Shown here piece after piece: positions 51,285-61,771 of a stretch of 64,000 nucleotides of DNA. Source of the DNA: Candidatus Geocrenenecus huangii (GTDB taxonomy: Archaea; Thermoproteota; Nitrososphaeria_A; Caldarchaeales; Wolframiiraptoraceae); the NCBI GenBank assembly GCA_023254095.1, contig JALNLM010000001.1, positions 32,001 to 96,000 on the forward strand, read 5' to 3'. The position numbers were made by a program, and so were the translations under genes. Numbering within the stretch: the stretch's first letter is position 1; each line of letters opens with the position of its first letter. The notes under the pieces are model-generated. The model was not told the DNA's origin, made no database searches, and saw nothing but the letters and a program-made list of their open reading frames with translations.

Positions 51285-51563
51285 ATGAAGGTCCCAGAGT
51301 CCATTAATACTTATTGTCCGAGATGCCGTAAATATACTGAGCATAAGGTAACATTATATAAGAAGGGTAAAGATAGAGCTTTAGCTGAGGGTGCGCGAAG
51401 ACATGAGAGAGAACTGCACGGGTATGGTGGTCAGAAGTATCCTCTACAAAGGAAGAAGTCGAAGACTACTCAGAAGCAGACTCTTAAGCTAATCTGTAAA
51501 GAATGCAATTACACTATCCACAGGGAAGGCGTGAGATTGAAGAAACTAGAGATAACACGTTAG
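51285..51563 (+). CDS. rpl44e: ribosomal protein L44e
   Basis: TYCPRC...HKV..YKKGK, GYGGQK.P, CKEC. Confidence 0.97.
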   Translation: MKVPESINTYCPRCRKYTEHKVTLYKKGKDRALAEGARRHERELHGYGGQKYPLQRKKSKTTQKQTLKLICKECNYTIHREGVRLKKLEITR

Positions 51564-52894
51564 AGTTTCTCCCTAGCCTTATACAATTCGTCCAGCTTAG
51601 CTTCTAGAATCTCCAAGCCTCTCTCTAACAATTCCTCTCTCATATTTAGAGGTGGGGAGAGAACTATGATAGATTCTCTTTCTAGTCTCAGCAGCAAGCC
51701 ACTCCTAAAACATTCATTGATAAATTCCTTGGCAAGAGCTCTTGAAGACCTATATTTATCGACAAACTCGAAGCCTACATACATCCCCTTCCCATTCACT
51801 TTAGTTATGAATTCAAGTTCCTCGGCAATTTCTTCGATCTTCTTCTTTATGTTTCTACCAATCCTTTCTGCTCGTTCAATCAAACCCTCATCTTTCAATA
51901 TCTCTAGGACTGTAGATGCCATGGTTATTGTAAGAATATTTCCACCTATCTCAGGGTCAATATATTTTGGCTCGAGGTCAAGTAGTCTACTTCTAGCTAC
52001 TAGGAGACCCAGAGGCTGTCCTTGAGAAATCTGCGAACCGAGAATTACGATATCTGCGTCAACGTCATAATAATCGAGGATAAACCATCTACCAGTCCTA
52101 GCCGGAGCAGATATAGATTCATCGATGATTAACAATATTTTATTCTGTTTACAGAATTTCTTTAAGTCCTTTAGATATTCTTCAGGAGGTGATACACCAT
52201 CACTCCTCAATGGTTGCATGATTATGGCCCCGGCATTCTCTAGGATGCCTTGGGATAGCATGTCCTCTAGGTAGCCAAGGCAATCTACTTCACATCTACT
52301 TCTTCCATGTTTTAGGAGACATCTTGAACATTCAGGGTAAGGAACACGTACGAAGCCGGAAGCTTCTTCAAATCTTCTCCACTTAGTAGCTATATCAGTC
52401 GATATAGATTGGGCTCCAAGAGTTAAACCATGGTAAGATCCTGTGAAGCCTACTATTATTCTCCTGCCAGTATTTAGTCTAGCTATCCTTATAGCTGATT
52501 CTACGGCCTCGGACCTTGAATCAAGCATCAGTATACGACCTTCATCTCTTATAGGGGAAATTCCAAGCAATCTTTCTGCGAACTCTATGAATTCTTCACT
52601 ATATGATTTCTGGAAAGTAAAGAATCTTCCATCCTCTATTAATCTTGAAATAGCTTCGGAAATTCTTGGATGACTCCCACCTAGTAGTAGGCTTCCTCCC
52701 CCTGATGTGAAGTCTAGGTAAGTGTTCTCATTCGGGTCTGTTACAACTCCTTCATCTATCTTCTTAACAATTAGAGGATATGGAGGTTGAAAAGAACGAG
52801 AAAAGAGCTTACATGTTTTCTCAATAATTTTAGATGAATCATTCGAGGAAAACTTTTTAAATCCTTCATTGTTTTCCCGAGTCATTTCACTCAA
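51560..52894 (-). CDS. class-III aminotransferase homologue lacking the PLP lysine
   Basis: YLDFTSG, SEAVESA, GSYHGLT, LLIIDE, RTG.W, DIVILGSQISQGQPLG, PPL. Confidence 0.85.
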   Translation of the reverse strand: MSEMTRENNEGFKKFSSNDSSKIIEKTCKLFSRSFQPPYPLIVKKIDEGVVTDPNENTYLDFTSGGGSLLLGGSHPRISEAISRLIEDGRFFTFQKSYSEEFIEFAERLLGISPIRDEGRILMLDSRSEAVESAIRIARLNTGRRIIVGFTGSYHGLTLGAQSISTDIATKWRRFEEASGFVRVPYPECSRCLLKHGRSRCEVDCLGYLEDMLSQGILENAGAIIMQPLRSDGVSPPEEYLKDLKKFCKQNKILLIIDESISAPARTGRWFILDYYDVDADIVILGSQISQGQPLGLLVARSRLLDLEPKYIDPEIGGNILTITMASTVLEILKDEGLIERAERIGRNIKKKIEEIAEELEFITKVNGKGMYVGFEFVDKYRSSRALAKEFINECFRSGLLLRLERESIIVLSPPLNMREELLERGLEILEAKLDELYKAREKL

Positions 52895-52960
52895 CTAGTA
52901 AGCCTCTTCTAAATCTATAACCATTTGCCTATATGATGTAAGAAACTTAAATGTTCCAGG

Positions 52961-53230
52961 CTATTTTGTTATAAGTATTTCGATGAAGCTTACATATCTT
53001 TTCTTATTCTCGTCTAACTCTGCTTCATCATATCCTATGGCGATATCCTTTATTTTCAGGTTTGAATAGAAACTTTTTTTGAGAAGGAATGCAACGTCTA
53101 CACAATTACTGATACTTCTCCCCCGGGCTCTGAGGAGAATTTCCTTCTCACCTCTATTAAATAAGGTTATGCATGCCGTAACATATCTCATCTTAGGCTT
53201 TTTCCCAACTATGACCATGGCTCTACCCAA
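52961..53230 (-). CDS. albA: DNA/RNA-binding protein Alba
   Basis: VGKKP.M.YV, LRARGRSIS..VDVA, VSFIEI. Confidence 0.93.
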   Translation of the reverse strand: MGRAMVIVGKKPKMRYVTACITLFNRGEKEILLRARGRSISNCVDVAFLLKKSFYSNLKIKDIAIGYDEAELDENKKRYVSFIEILITK

Positions 53231-53315
53231 GACTTCCTAACCTCTTCTAACAAATCCGAATTGAGCGAAATAAAATTTATCCTTTATCCAGAAACTCCTG
53301 ACTCAAAGACTCAAG

Positions 53316-55085
53316 CTATAATAATAGAAGAGTAATTATCCCTGAAAAGATTAAAGAAGCCAGTATTGCTAATAAGAACAGTCTAAGAGATTTGAAAGAT
53401 TTTTCTGCTGCTTCTGCTAGAAAATCATTCGACATAACCTTAACGTTCTCGAATCTCATCGAAACTCTTGAGACCTCCATATTCTTCAAATTTGATAAAG
53501 CTTTCTTCAATGCCTCGATTGCAGAAGATGATATAACTTCAACTGGTATCACCTCGCCGAGAGGATGATAGCCTCTACCTCCAAGCTTTAATCCATTCAC
53601 TATATGAGTATCAGTCGTCAAGACTTCGCAGTAATCGAAGCCTAGCTTTCTAGCTTCTTCACTTATCATGCCTCTAACCTCGGGCACAGCGTTATTACTA
53701 TCAATAACGATAAGGGCCGTCGATAGACCATCCTCGTTCCTGAATGTTAAGACTCTTATTCCTAGCGGACCTATTCCATCTTCTAGACCATAGTCTTCTA
53801 TCATGTTTTCACCGTACCCGACCAGTAGCAGAGACCTTCCATGAATAGTCATCTTCAAAGCTTGAGCTACTACGTTTTTTATATCTCTAAAACCATCTCC
53901 ATCAAGTTCTTTGACGTCTTCCGAGAAACTGTTATGCGCATCCACTATGATTACGTCATCCCTCTCTATCCCATCCATTACACTCGGAGGTATATCTTCC
54001 ATACCTTTAGGATGGAGAGTTACTACTACCAGTGTGGAGCTGCCTACTTGGATAACGGAAGCTGTGGCAGACCCATACTTTAAGATCTTCGTGGAACCAA
54101 TTAACTCAGAATAGCTAGAGTCGTGGGTTAATATTTTTCTCGAGATCTCTTCAGCTATAAATTCACAATCTCTCCTGGATATAATATTCTTTGAATGATC
54201 TGAGAGCCCTCTGGCGATGACCACTTTTACCCCTTTCCGTGAAAGCCTTTCTTCAATCAAATATGGTAGTATACTGCTACCGAAATCTCTGAACGGTCCA
54301 GGATGAAAACCTGGAATTATAAATGCTATCTCTACATTCTTCCTTCCTGCTTCTCTGAATATTAGACAGTCAACTTTAATTTCGGAGGTGTTATTTAGCT
54401 TCTCAGCTAATTTTTCTAGAGAGTCTTTTCTACCATCAAGGAATATCGCTAACATTGCTGATAAGAGTTTTAGAGGCTTCAATCCATGAATTTTGTAAAA
54501 ATAATTTATGTAGGAAGAGTAGAGGAGGTGTAGAGCATTTCCGATCACTTGCCCAATGATCATCGGGGTTAGAAGATAGTTTAAGGCAGGATCGAGAAGA
54601 GGGGATGTCATGAGCGTTGAGATGATGCACGTATACTTTAACGTGTAGGATAGATCATCTTCTGTGAGGACCCTTATTATTAAGCCTCTAAGTAGTGTAG
54701 CTAATGCTATAAGTGATGAGAAGAATACCAGGCCGATTACTCGGGAGTTCGCAAGCGCGTCCGCCATATACATGATTGATAGCCCGATGCTATTCAGTAG
54801 CATTTCTACTATTGTTAATCCATTAAGTCTCCTAAAATTTACTAAGCCTACTCTAATACTAGAGAATAGAAAGTTAACGATGATTATCGAGTAGAAAGAT
54901 AAGGCAGGTATCCATATTCTCGACAAGTCGGTCAACGATAAAAGAACTACCGAAAGAGCGATAAACAGTGTAAGTAAATGTAACAGATTCCCTCTACCCG
55001 GCAGTCCTTTTATATACGGGTAGAGCGAGGCCAACCTCGATGTATGATTTAACTTCTTCAAACTTTTCATGATTCCTCTAGGCAT
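53316..55085 (-). CDS. DUF2070-family membrane protein
   Basis: N-terminal TMs; HPGPF..GSS.LP, EDIP, VDAHN, DSNN, TTDTH. Confidence 0.85.
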   Translation of the reverse strand: MPRGIMKSLKKLNHTSRLASLYPYIKGLPGRGNLLHLLTLFIALSVVLLSLTDLSRIWIPALSFYSIIIVNFLFSSIRVGLVNFRRLNGLTIVEMLLNSIGLSIMYMADALANSRVIGLVFFSSLIALATLLRGLIIRVLTEDDLSYTLKYTCIISTLMTSPLLDPALNYLLTPMIIGQVIGNALHLLYSSYINYFYKIHGLKPLKLLSAMLAIFLDGRKDSLEKLAEKLNNTSEIKVDCLIFREAGRKNVEIAFIIPGFHPGPFRDFGSSILPYLIEERLSRKGVKVVIARGLSDHSKNIISRRDCEFIAEEISRKILTHDSSYSELIGSTKILKYGSATASVIQVGSSTLVVVTLHPKGMEDIPPSVMDGIERDDVIIVDAHNSFSEDVKELDGDGFRDIKNVVAQALKMTIHGRSLLLVGYGENMIEDYGLEDGIGPLGIRVLTFRNEDGLSTALIVIDSNNAVPEVRGMISEEARKLGFDYCEVLTTDTHIVNGLKLGGRGYHPLGEVIPVEVISSSAIEALKKALSNLKNMEVSRVSMRFENVKVMSNDFLAEAAEKSFKSLRLFLLAILASLIFSGIITLLLL

Positions 55086-55172
55086 GGGGATTTATTAATT
55101 GTTCGTTATCTCTACTAAATAAATTGTTAGAAGAAAATATTAAGAACATCCACTAAATTAATAGAGCATAGA

Positions 55173-56162
55173 TTGAATGCATTAAGGATACGCGGAGGTA
55201 GCGGTCTCACTCTGGAAACCAAGAATTCAAGACTAGTCTTCGATACTAAGCCACTCGGCAACAGTATCCAGTTTATCTCCCACGCACATCTCGACCACGT
55301 CTACAATCTGTCTATGAAGGACGTAGTAATGAGTGAAGAAACCGCCTCTATACTGAAAGCTGTGCATAGGAGAGGTGAATGGACTAAACTAAAGTACAAA
55401 GAAAAATTTAGAATTGGAGACTGCCTGGAAATATCGATGGAGCCGGCTGGACACGTTCTAGGCTCAACCCAATACATAATCGACGTTAATGGTTTAAGGA
55501 CAGTCTATACAGGAGACTTCAACATCTATGATAGCTTGATACATCAAGGAGCTAAACCAGTGGAATCCGATATACTCATAATAGAATCAACATATGGGAT
55601 TCCCTACTATAGATTCCCAGCTAGGGAGAAAACATATGCTGATATTGTTAGATGGGTTCTTAAGACTATTTCTTCAAACGAGATACCCGCATTCAAAGTC
55701 TACTCACTTGGGAAGAGTCAAGAAATTATACGGGTTATAAATACCTACCTAGATATTCCAGTGGTTGTAAGCAAGCCGGTTTCGAAGATATCTGATAAAT
55801 ACAACGAACATGGCATACCTCTCGAATACGTCCCGATAGATAAAGTTGAAGGCTTAGAAGTTTTAAAACAAGGGGAATGCGTATACGTTTCAAGCTATAG
55901 AGAAAATGTACCGACGAATAAGAAGGTTCGATGGGCTGTGGCCACTGGATGGGCCTTAAGATACCGTCACTCAAATTATGACATCTCTTTTCCCCTTAGT
56001 GGACACTCCGACTATTATGGATTAGTAAAGTATATCTTGGAGAGCCGGCCGAAACAAGTATACACGATTTACGGCTATGCTAAAGAGTTCTCCACTAATC
56101 TTAGAAGAATAGGGATCAACGCTAAACCCGTTTATGAAGCAAGCCAATCCACTCTTGACTAA
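55173..56162 (+). CDS. beta-CASP MBL-fold nuclease
   Basis: SHAHLDH, AGHVLGS, YTGD, IESTYG, YSLGKSQE, ATGW, LSGHSD. Confidence 0.88.
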   Translation: MNALRIRGGSGLTLETKNSRLVFDTKPLGNSIQFISHAHLDHVYNLSMKDVVMSEETASILKAVHRRGEWTKLKYKEKFRIGDCLEISMEPAGHVLGSTQYIIDVNGLRTVYTGDFNIYDSLIHQGAKPVESDILIIESTYGIPYYRFPAREKTYADIVRWVLKTISSNEIPAFKVYSLGKSQEIIRVINTYLDIPVVVSKPVSKISDKYNEHGIPLEYVPIDKVEGLEVLKQGECVYVSSYRENVPTNKKVRWAVATGWALRYRHSNYDISFPLSGHSDYYGLVKYILESRPKQVYTIYGYAKEFSTNLRRIGINAKPVYEASQSTLD

Positions 56163-56242
56163 CGTCGAATCTCCCATTATGTTAAAGGTGAATGAAAGTA
56201 TTTATTAGCGAGTTGTCAATTCTAGTAAGTGGTGTAGAGTAG

Positions 56243-56410
56243 ATGAGTGTTAGGAGGAGGCGGAGAGAAGCACCAATGCCTCAATCGGCTGCAGGGCTCT
56301 TAAGATTCTTTGAAGAAGAAATTAAAGGTATAAAGATTAGAGCCGAGCTTGTCCTAATACTTGCAGCTTTGATGGTCGCTATTGTAATCATTGCGAACAT
56401 CTTCTTCTAG
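56243..56410 (+). CDS. secG: preprotein translocase subunit Sec61beta
   Basis: Below ORF-track cutoff: MSVRRRRREAPMPQSAAGLLRFFEEEIKGIKIRAELVLILAALMVAIVIIANIFF. Confidence 0.92.
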   Translation: MSVRRRRREAPMPQSAAGLLRFFEEEIKGIKIRAELVLILAALMVAIVIIANIFF

Positions 56411-56417
56411 TACTTAA

Positions 56418-56684
56418 CTATGCTTCTTCAATAGCTTTTTGACCTATACCCGTAACCATCCACAAGAGTCTCCCCTTGTATTTCTGCGATCTAACTATTC
56501 CTTCAGCCTCCATATTCTTTAAATGTCTCCTTATCGATGAAGCACTTCTACCAACTCCTTCCGATATTTTCCTGATCGTTAATGGTTTCGATTTTATCAA
56601 GTGGAGGATTCTTGAACGAGTATCCAGTCCCTTCTTGACATTCCTTATTCTGTATAGATACGCTCTTGGATTAACCTCTGACAT
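56418..56684 (-). CDS. ArsR-like winged-HTH protein
   Basis: TRSRIL..I...PLTI..IS..VG.S.SSIRRHL..ME.EGIV. Confidence 0.85.
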   Translation of the reverse strand: MSEVNPRAYLYRIRNVKKGLDTRSRILHLIKSKPLTIRKISEGVGRSASSIRRHLKNMEAEGIVRSQKYKGRLLWMVTGIGQKAIEEA

Positions 56685-56736
56685 CCAAACTAGAATGCGT
56701 TAATCCTCTAGATAATCGTTATCTGGTTTGGCCATA

Positions 56737-59700
56737 CTACATGAACTTTTCAAGCGAGACTTGTCTTCCAGCTACTTCACCATCTTCTTCTTTTGTAAAC
56801 ATTTTCTTTACACCATCTATAGCTAGGAGAGCTTGTTCTCTTAGATACTGGTTTCTAACATACTTTCCCAAGAGTTCTTCAGCGAGCTCAACATATTTTT
56901 CTATAGCTCCTCTGAAGACTGTTTGTTTTAGGTCGGCTCCACAGTTATGACATCTCCTAGTTAATGGAGGCCTACGGTATTTTGACCCGCACTTCTTACA
57001 TCTAAACTCTTGTGTAAAGAATGCTCTAGCATTCCCAACTATATCTGGGAGTAGATGAGTCTCCATAATCTTCTCCACCATATGGGTTACATCTACTCCG
57101 GTCAATTTTTCAACAATATCTATCTGCCCAGCAATCTTGCTCAGCATAGATGAATGTTTCTTGTAAGACGATTCCTTCACAGTGGATATCAACGAATTCA
57201 ACGGGTGGGTGAATTTACATCCAGCAAACGCTTCAGGTCTCCCCAAGTAGTTCTTAATAGTTGGGATTATACTGGCGATGGTAGATATGTGTTCACCATT
57301 CTTCGCTTTTCTATAGAATTCTAGAGGATACCTATCTATTACATCTAGGTTATGTGCTTGTTCATCAACTTCTTCTGGGTATACTATAGAGGTTATCAGG
57401 AGGGGGGAATCCATCTTACCGCCAACTCTATTCGGCAAATAGAGTCTTGAAAAATTGATCAGAGGGTCTAGTAATAACATAATACTATCTTCGTCTCCAT
57501 CGCAATCTCTTCTCTTCGCTGCATGGAGGACTGGATGAGCAAAGCATACGAGCCCATCGATTATACCTATCACTCTCGTAACCGACCCGACGTACGTGTG
57601 TGGAGAAAGCACCAGCACGAGTTCTCCTATAATGTCCTCAGGTTTCTCGAAGTTGTAATAGGTGTCCATGCCTGCAAGCTTCTTAAGTTCATCATCTATG
57701 AACTTAGATACTCTAAGTAAGTGTTCTGCGGCTCTACGGGGGATAATTATGTCTTGGATTCTAAGTTCTAGAATTTGGTTGGGAGATGTAAGAGGCTCCC
57801 CAAATATATCGTGAGTATAGCCTAGTTCTCTTAACTTATCTATAGGTGTTCCTATCTGGCTTGGTTTGAAATGTGTTAGTGGAGCATTAGTCGCATCAAA
57901 TCTTATAGTTCCATCTTTATATACATAGAGTTCGTATCGAGCTCTTAGGATACCTTTAGCTAAATCTTCAGGGGTTTTTGTCAAACTATTCAATCCCTTA
58001 ACGCCTTTGATCCTTCCTGGAAGAGGCATATTGATCTCCCTAGACACTTCGTATAGTTTCTCTGCGACATTTATCACGAATTTCTCATAGTAGCTAACGT
58101 TGCCACCACATTTTTCACATATCGTTTCTTCATCGTATTTCTTCTCGGACCCACATGAATCACATTCTCCAATTATATCTGTAGGTATTCTACATTCAGG
58201 GCATTTATGAATCCACGTCTTCTTACCACAGTTCGGACACCTTCTCCTCACAAGCTCGACTACAATCTTCTCATCTTCATTCAATACGTTTATCAAGTCT
58301 CTCGAGGGGCCACCGCTCGATCCTGCTGGGAACAGGATATTGACCGGCGGGCTCATCTCTCTCATAGCAGCTTTTTCCGGCCTACCCATCCTAGCACCTA
58401 TAAATGTTCCAGCTTTGTCTTCGATGATTATTCCTGAAAGCTTGCTCAAAATATCTAGAATATCTCCTCTTGCTGGTTCAACATGATCGAACGGTCTAAG
58501 TATTGCCATTAGGGTCTTGAGCCAGTCAATCGATAGAACTACCTTGTCTAATTCAACTCTATGCTCTATGAGTAACCTTGTTAGTATGTCTTTGGCTTTT
58601 TCCGACTTCGGCAGATACACTTCTCCATTCTTATGTATTAGATTCTTTACGGAATTCTTTAACCATTCTCTCAGGATGAACGCTTCCTCTATCACGATAT
58701 TTCTCCAGAATGGCGTATATTTTGGATGAAGTGGAACGCCGAGCTTTAAGCTAATCAATAATGCCTCTCTCACTGTCGGCGTGCTATTGAAGGGATCGCT
58801 CAACACTCTCTCAATCTTTTCATACAGTTCTTTACCGATATTTGATGAGGCGTTCCTAGATATCCTTAGTCGGAGCTCTTCACACCACCATTCTTCGCAA
58901 AATCCAGGTCTATGAATTTTCACATTGTTTTCGATTAAATCTCCTACAGATACTAGTATATCTCCTAGAAAGAGTATTTTCTCTATCTTATCCTTGATTT
59001 TTTCATATTTCGTATGATTTTCTAATCTGGCTACTTCACCATCTACAGTCAATACGACAGGTGGCTCAATATATTCCACTACGGATACTATCCCTCCCTT
59101 CCCCGGGTAGTCGAGCTTCAGCTGAGTTCCAGAAACGATATACCAATTGAGGATCTCAAGTGTCACGGGGTGAAGTCCAACTGAGGCTAACCCGGTAGAT
59201 GCAGTTCTCCCATATCTAATCCTCAATCCCCCAAATCTGTCTTGCACAGATATTACTGGTCTTCCACCAACTACTTCATCAAGGTATCCTTCATCTTCAT
59301 TCTTGACGGAATCCATTATTTCTATTACCCTTCCAATCCATTCCCATCCATCTAGGCCTATCTTCTCTACGAATTTTAGAACCTTCTTGGCTCTCCCTGC
59401 AATCCCGTCATTTATAACTCTGAGGGCTCCACCTCTTAGATAATTTGTCTCGATCCTCGGTAGATTGCGGAAAGATGAAACAAGTATTTTGTCTGTGGGA
59501 ATACCTGTAACTTCTACGGGCAGGTTCTTCAAAACATACTCTATTACATCGTCTGGGACATTATACTGGAATCTTGAGACCTTCCGTTTATACAATCTTA
59601 ATTCTTCTATGAATCTCATCACTTCTTCATAGGTAGGCTTGTATCTATCTAGGCCTACAAGCCTTCTAACATAATCCGCTAAGACTACTACTGCTGCAAG

Positions 59701-60162
59701 CTCGGTTCCTCCTGCAGATCTTATCGGTCCAGCGAAATATATTGCTAGATACCTTGAGCCATCGAAGTTCTTCTTTATCTTTACATCTACAACCCCCTCG
59801 GTTGGAGCAGCAGTTATACATGGTGGAGTCAATATAGCCAAGGACGTCCTAATGGCTTGTAGCAGTATCCGATTATCGATTTTCTCTTTTCCATGTTCTT
59901 CAATTATGTCTTTCGCGAGTTTTAATGCTAGCTTCTCTAACGACATTTTACCGAGTGAACTTCTTATCTTATCAGCCACCCCCCTCGGTCCAACTAGGAG
60001 TTCGACTCTCTCCGCTAAATCCCTAGCGAAGAATACCTCGATGTAGGGTGTTGGAGAAGCTATTCTCTTCCTAGCTTCGATAGCTATCTTCTTCTGATGA
60101 ATTATCTTATCCGACAATTCTTTATAGTATTTAGCTAATTCTTTAGAGCCCCTTTCACTCAT
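56737..60162 (-). CDS. polC: DNA polymerase D large subunit DP2
   Basis: FAGPIRSAGGT, GARMGRPEKA, KDGTIRFD, AKRRDCDGDED, Zn fingers, C-terminal PIP-like QVSLEKF; no intein. Confidence 0.98.
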   Translation of the reverse strand: MSERGSKELAKYYKELSDKIIHQKKIAIEARKRIASPTPYIEVFFARDLAERVELLVGPRGVADKIRSSLGKMSLEKLALKLAKDIIEEHGKEKIDNRILLQAIRTSLAILTPPCITAAPTEGVVDVKIKKNFDGSRYLAIYFAGPIRSAGGTELAAVVVLADYVRRLVGLDRYKPTYEEVMRFIEELRLYKRKVSRFQYNVPDDVIEYVLKNLPVEVTGIPTDKILVSSFRNLPRIETNYLRGGALRVINDGIAGRAKKVLKFVEKIGLDGWEWIGRVIEIMDSVKNEDEGYLDEVVGGRPVISVQDRFGGLRIRYGRTASTGLASVGLHPVTLEILNWYIVSGTQLKLDYPGKGGIVSVVEYIEPPVVLTVDGEVARLENHTKYEKIKDKIEKILFLGDILVSVGDLIENNVKIHRPGFCEEWWCEELRLRISRNASSNIGKELYEKIERVLSDPFNSTPTVREALLISLKLGVPLHPKYTPFWRNIVIEEAFILREWLKNSVKNLIHKNGEVYLPKSEKAKDILTRLLIEHRVELDKVVLSIDWLKTLMAILRPFDHVEPARGDILDILSKLSGIIIEDKAGTFIGARMGRPEKAAMREMSPPVNILFPAGSSGGPSRDLINVLNEDEKIVVELVRRRCPNCGKKTWIHKCPECRIPTDIIGECDSCGSEKKYDEETICEKCGGNVSYYEKFVINVAEKLYEVSREINMPLPGRIKGVKGLNSLTKTPEDLAKGILRARYELYVYKDGTIRFDATNAPLTHFKPSQIGTPIDKLRELGYTHDIFGEPLTSPNQILELRIQDIIIPRRAAEHLLRVSKFIDDELKKLAGMDTYYNFEKPEDIIGELVLVLSPHTYVGSVTRVIGIIDGLVCFAHPVLHAAKRRDCDGDEDSIMLLLDPLINFSRLYLPNRVGGKMDSPLLITSIVYPEEVDEQAHNLDVIDRYPLEFYRKAKNGEHISTIASIIPTIKNYLGRPEAFAGCKFTHPLNSLISTVKESSYKKHSSMLSKIAGQIDIVEKLTGVDVTHMVEKIMETHLLPDIVGNARAFFTQEFRCKKCGSKYRRPPLTRRCHNCGADLKQTVFRGAIEKYVELAEELLGKYVRNQYLREQALLAIDGVKKMFTKEEDGEVAGRQVSLEKFM

Positions 60163-60349
60163 CTACCGACCTTTACTTCATCTTCCACATTATTATATCT
60201 GATTACTGACAGATGGTAAAATATTATCTTAATACTTTTAATGACGTTTAGGTAGACTTATTTGGCCATGTCAAGCCTAACCAGCATGGATATTGCTCGA
60301 TAATCTAAATCTCCTTGGGTCTAAACAAGATAGTAACACCATCGTGAAA

Positions 60350-60730
60350 TCAACGGCTTGGAGAAGTAGCTTTCATCCATTCTTCTACTAAATCGTAGCC
60401 GAGTAGCTTCTTTAATGCTTCGCGACCTTCCGGCGTTATTCTTAGAGGCGTCCATGGAGGATCCCACACAAGACCTACATGGACTTCTCTTGCCTCAGGC
60501 ATGTTTTCCTTGATAGCTAATTCAGCGGATGCTAGTACCATTCCAGCTATGGGGCATCCGGGAGCTGTCAACGTCATTTGAATATTTACTCTACCTTCTT
60601 CATCTACATCTACATCGTAGATTAGACCCAGATCATACACGTTTACCGGAATTTCAGGATCATACACTGTCTTCAAAACTTCTATAACCTTGTTTCTTAT
60701 AGCTTCTCTTTCTGAATCTGTTAAACCCAT
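60350..60730 (-). CDS. DUF59/SufT (MIP18) Fe-S assembly protein
   Basis: VYDPEIPVNVYDLGLIY, MTLTAPGCP, VWDPPW. Confidence 0.93.
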   Translation of the reverse strand: MGLTDSEREAIRNKVIEVLKTVYDPEIPVNVYDLGLIYDVDVDEEGRVNIQMTLTAPGCPIAGMVLASAELAIKENMPEAREVHVGLVWDPPWTPLRITPEGREALKKLLGYDLVEEWMKATSPSR

Positions 60731-60932
60731 TTTCTCCTCTCTCAAAGATAATCAAGCAAATACCCCCTTTTATCTATATCCAACTTACAAAAGGATCAAA
60801 CTAGAAGCAGTTAAATGAGTATCATCTATATCAAATTTTATCTTCTCATCGAGGGGCTTCTCGAGTATTAAATCACGTGGTTGGATTCAATATAGAAGTA
60901 TTCACGGATATCTATGCTATAGGATAGGGAGT

Positions 60933-61739
60933 CTATAATTCGAGAGATGCTGTATCTATGTATTCGGAGAGTGGCTCTTTTATGACTATTCCTTCTTCAG
61001 GTCTTATCTCGAAGGTATAAATCGCGGAATCAGCTAGAGACCACCGCATCTTTCTCACATAGATCGTTTTCAAGAGTTTGCCTCTAAACCTTACCACACC
61101 TAAGACTATTACTCCAGACGATAGAAATTCTTCAAAACCGAATCTGCTTAGTTTCTTAGAGGCTGTCGGTATATCACATGTTAAAAGTGTTGTTGCACCC
61201 ATTTTTTCCTCTAGCATATTTATGATCTCTCTTAGATATTCTCTGACGATGAATTCTTCTTTTGCCCCTAGAGCTAATGCGGATATAGGGTCTAGAACGA
61301 TTCTGCTTATAGGCCTTCCTTGTGCAATCTTCTGTATCGCCTCTACGAAGGCTCTACTCTCTTTCCCGAATCTCTTTAAATCTGATGTAAATAATCTAAA
61401 TTCAAATGGATGGAATAGCCCCATCTGTATGTACTCCCATAAATCCCATCCAAGAGATAGTGCTCCATTAAGGACGCCGTCAATTCTCTCATCTAGAGAT
61501 ACGTAGATAGCAAACTCATTCTGCCTTAAACCTTCTAGTATGAATTGTAGGCTTAGTATAGTCTTGCCTACTCCCGTCTCACCTGTAACCAAATAAGTTC
61601 TGCCTTTAATCAATCCGCCTCCAAGCATCTGGTCAAGCTTCACTATCCCCGTAGAGACCCTATCAAAGTATCTAGACAAATCTCCTCTACCCGATATAGA
61701 AGTTAAAGTCTTCAATATATTTTTTACCATTATCAACAA
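60933..61739 (-). CDS. KaiC-like RecA-superfamily ATPase (single domain)
   Basis: STGI..LD.MLGGG, GETGVGKT, YVSLDE, RIVLDP, EEF, KMR. Confidence 0.9.
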   Translation of the reverse strand: MLIMVKNILKTLTSISGRGDLSRYFDRVSTGIVKLDQMLGGGLIKGRTYLVTGETGVGKTILSLQFILEGLRQNEFAIYVSLDERIDGVLNGALSLGWDLWEYIQMGLFHPFEFRLFTSDLKRFGKESRAFVEAIQKIAQGRPISRIVLDPISALALGAKEEFIVREYLREIINMLEEKMGATTLLTCDIPTASKKLSRFGFEEFLSSGVIVLGVVRFRGKLLKTIYVRKMRWSLADSAIYTFEIRPEEGIVIKEPLSEYIDTASLEL

Positions 61740-61771
61740 TATTCGAGAAGATCGATGATCTCCCTAAGATC

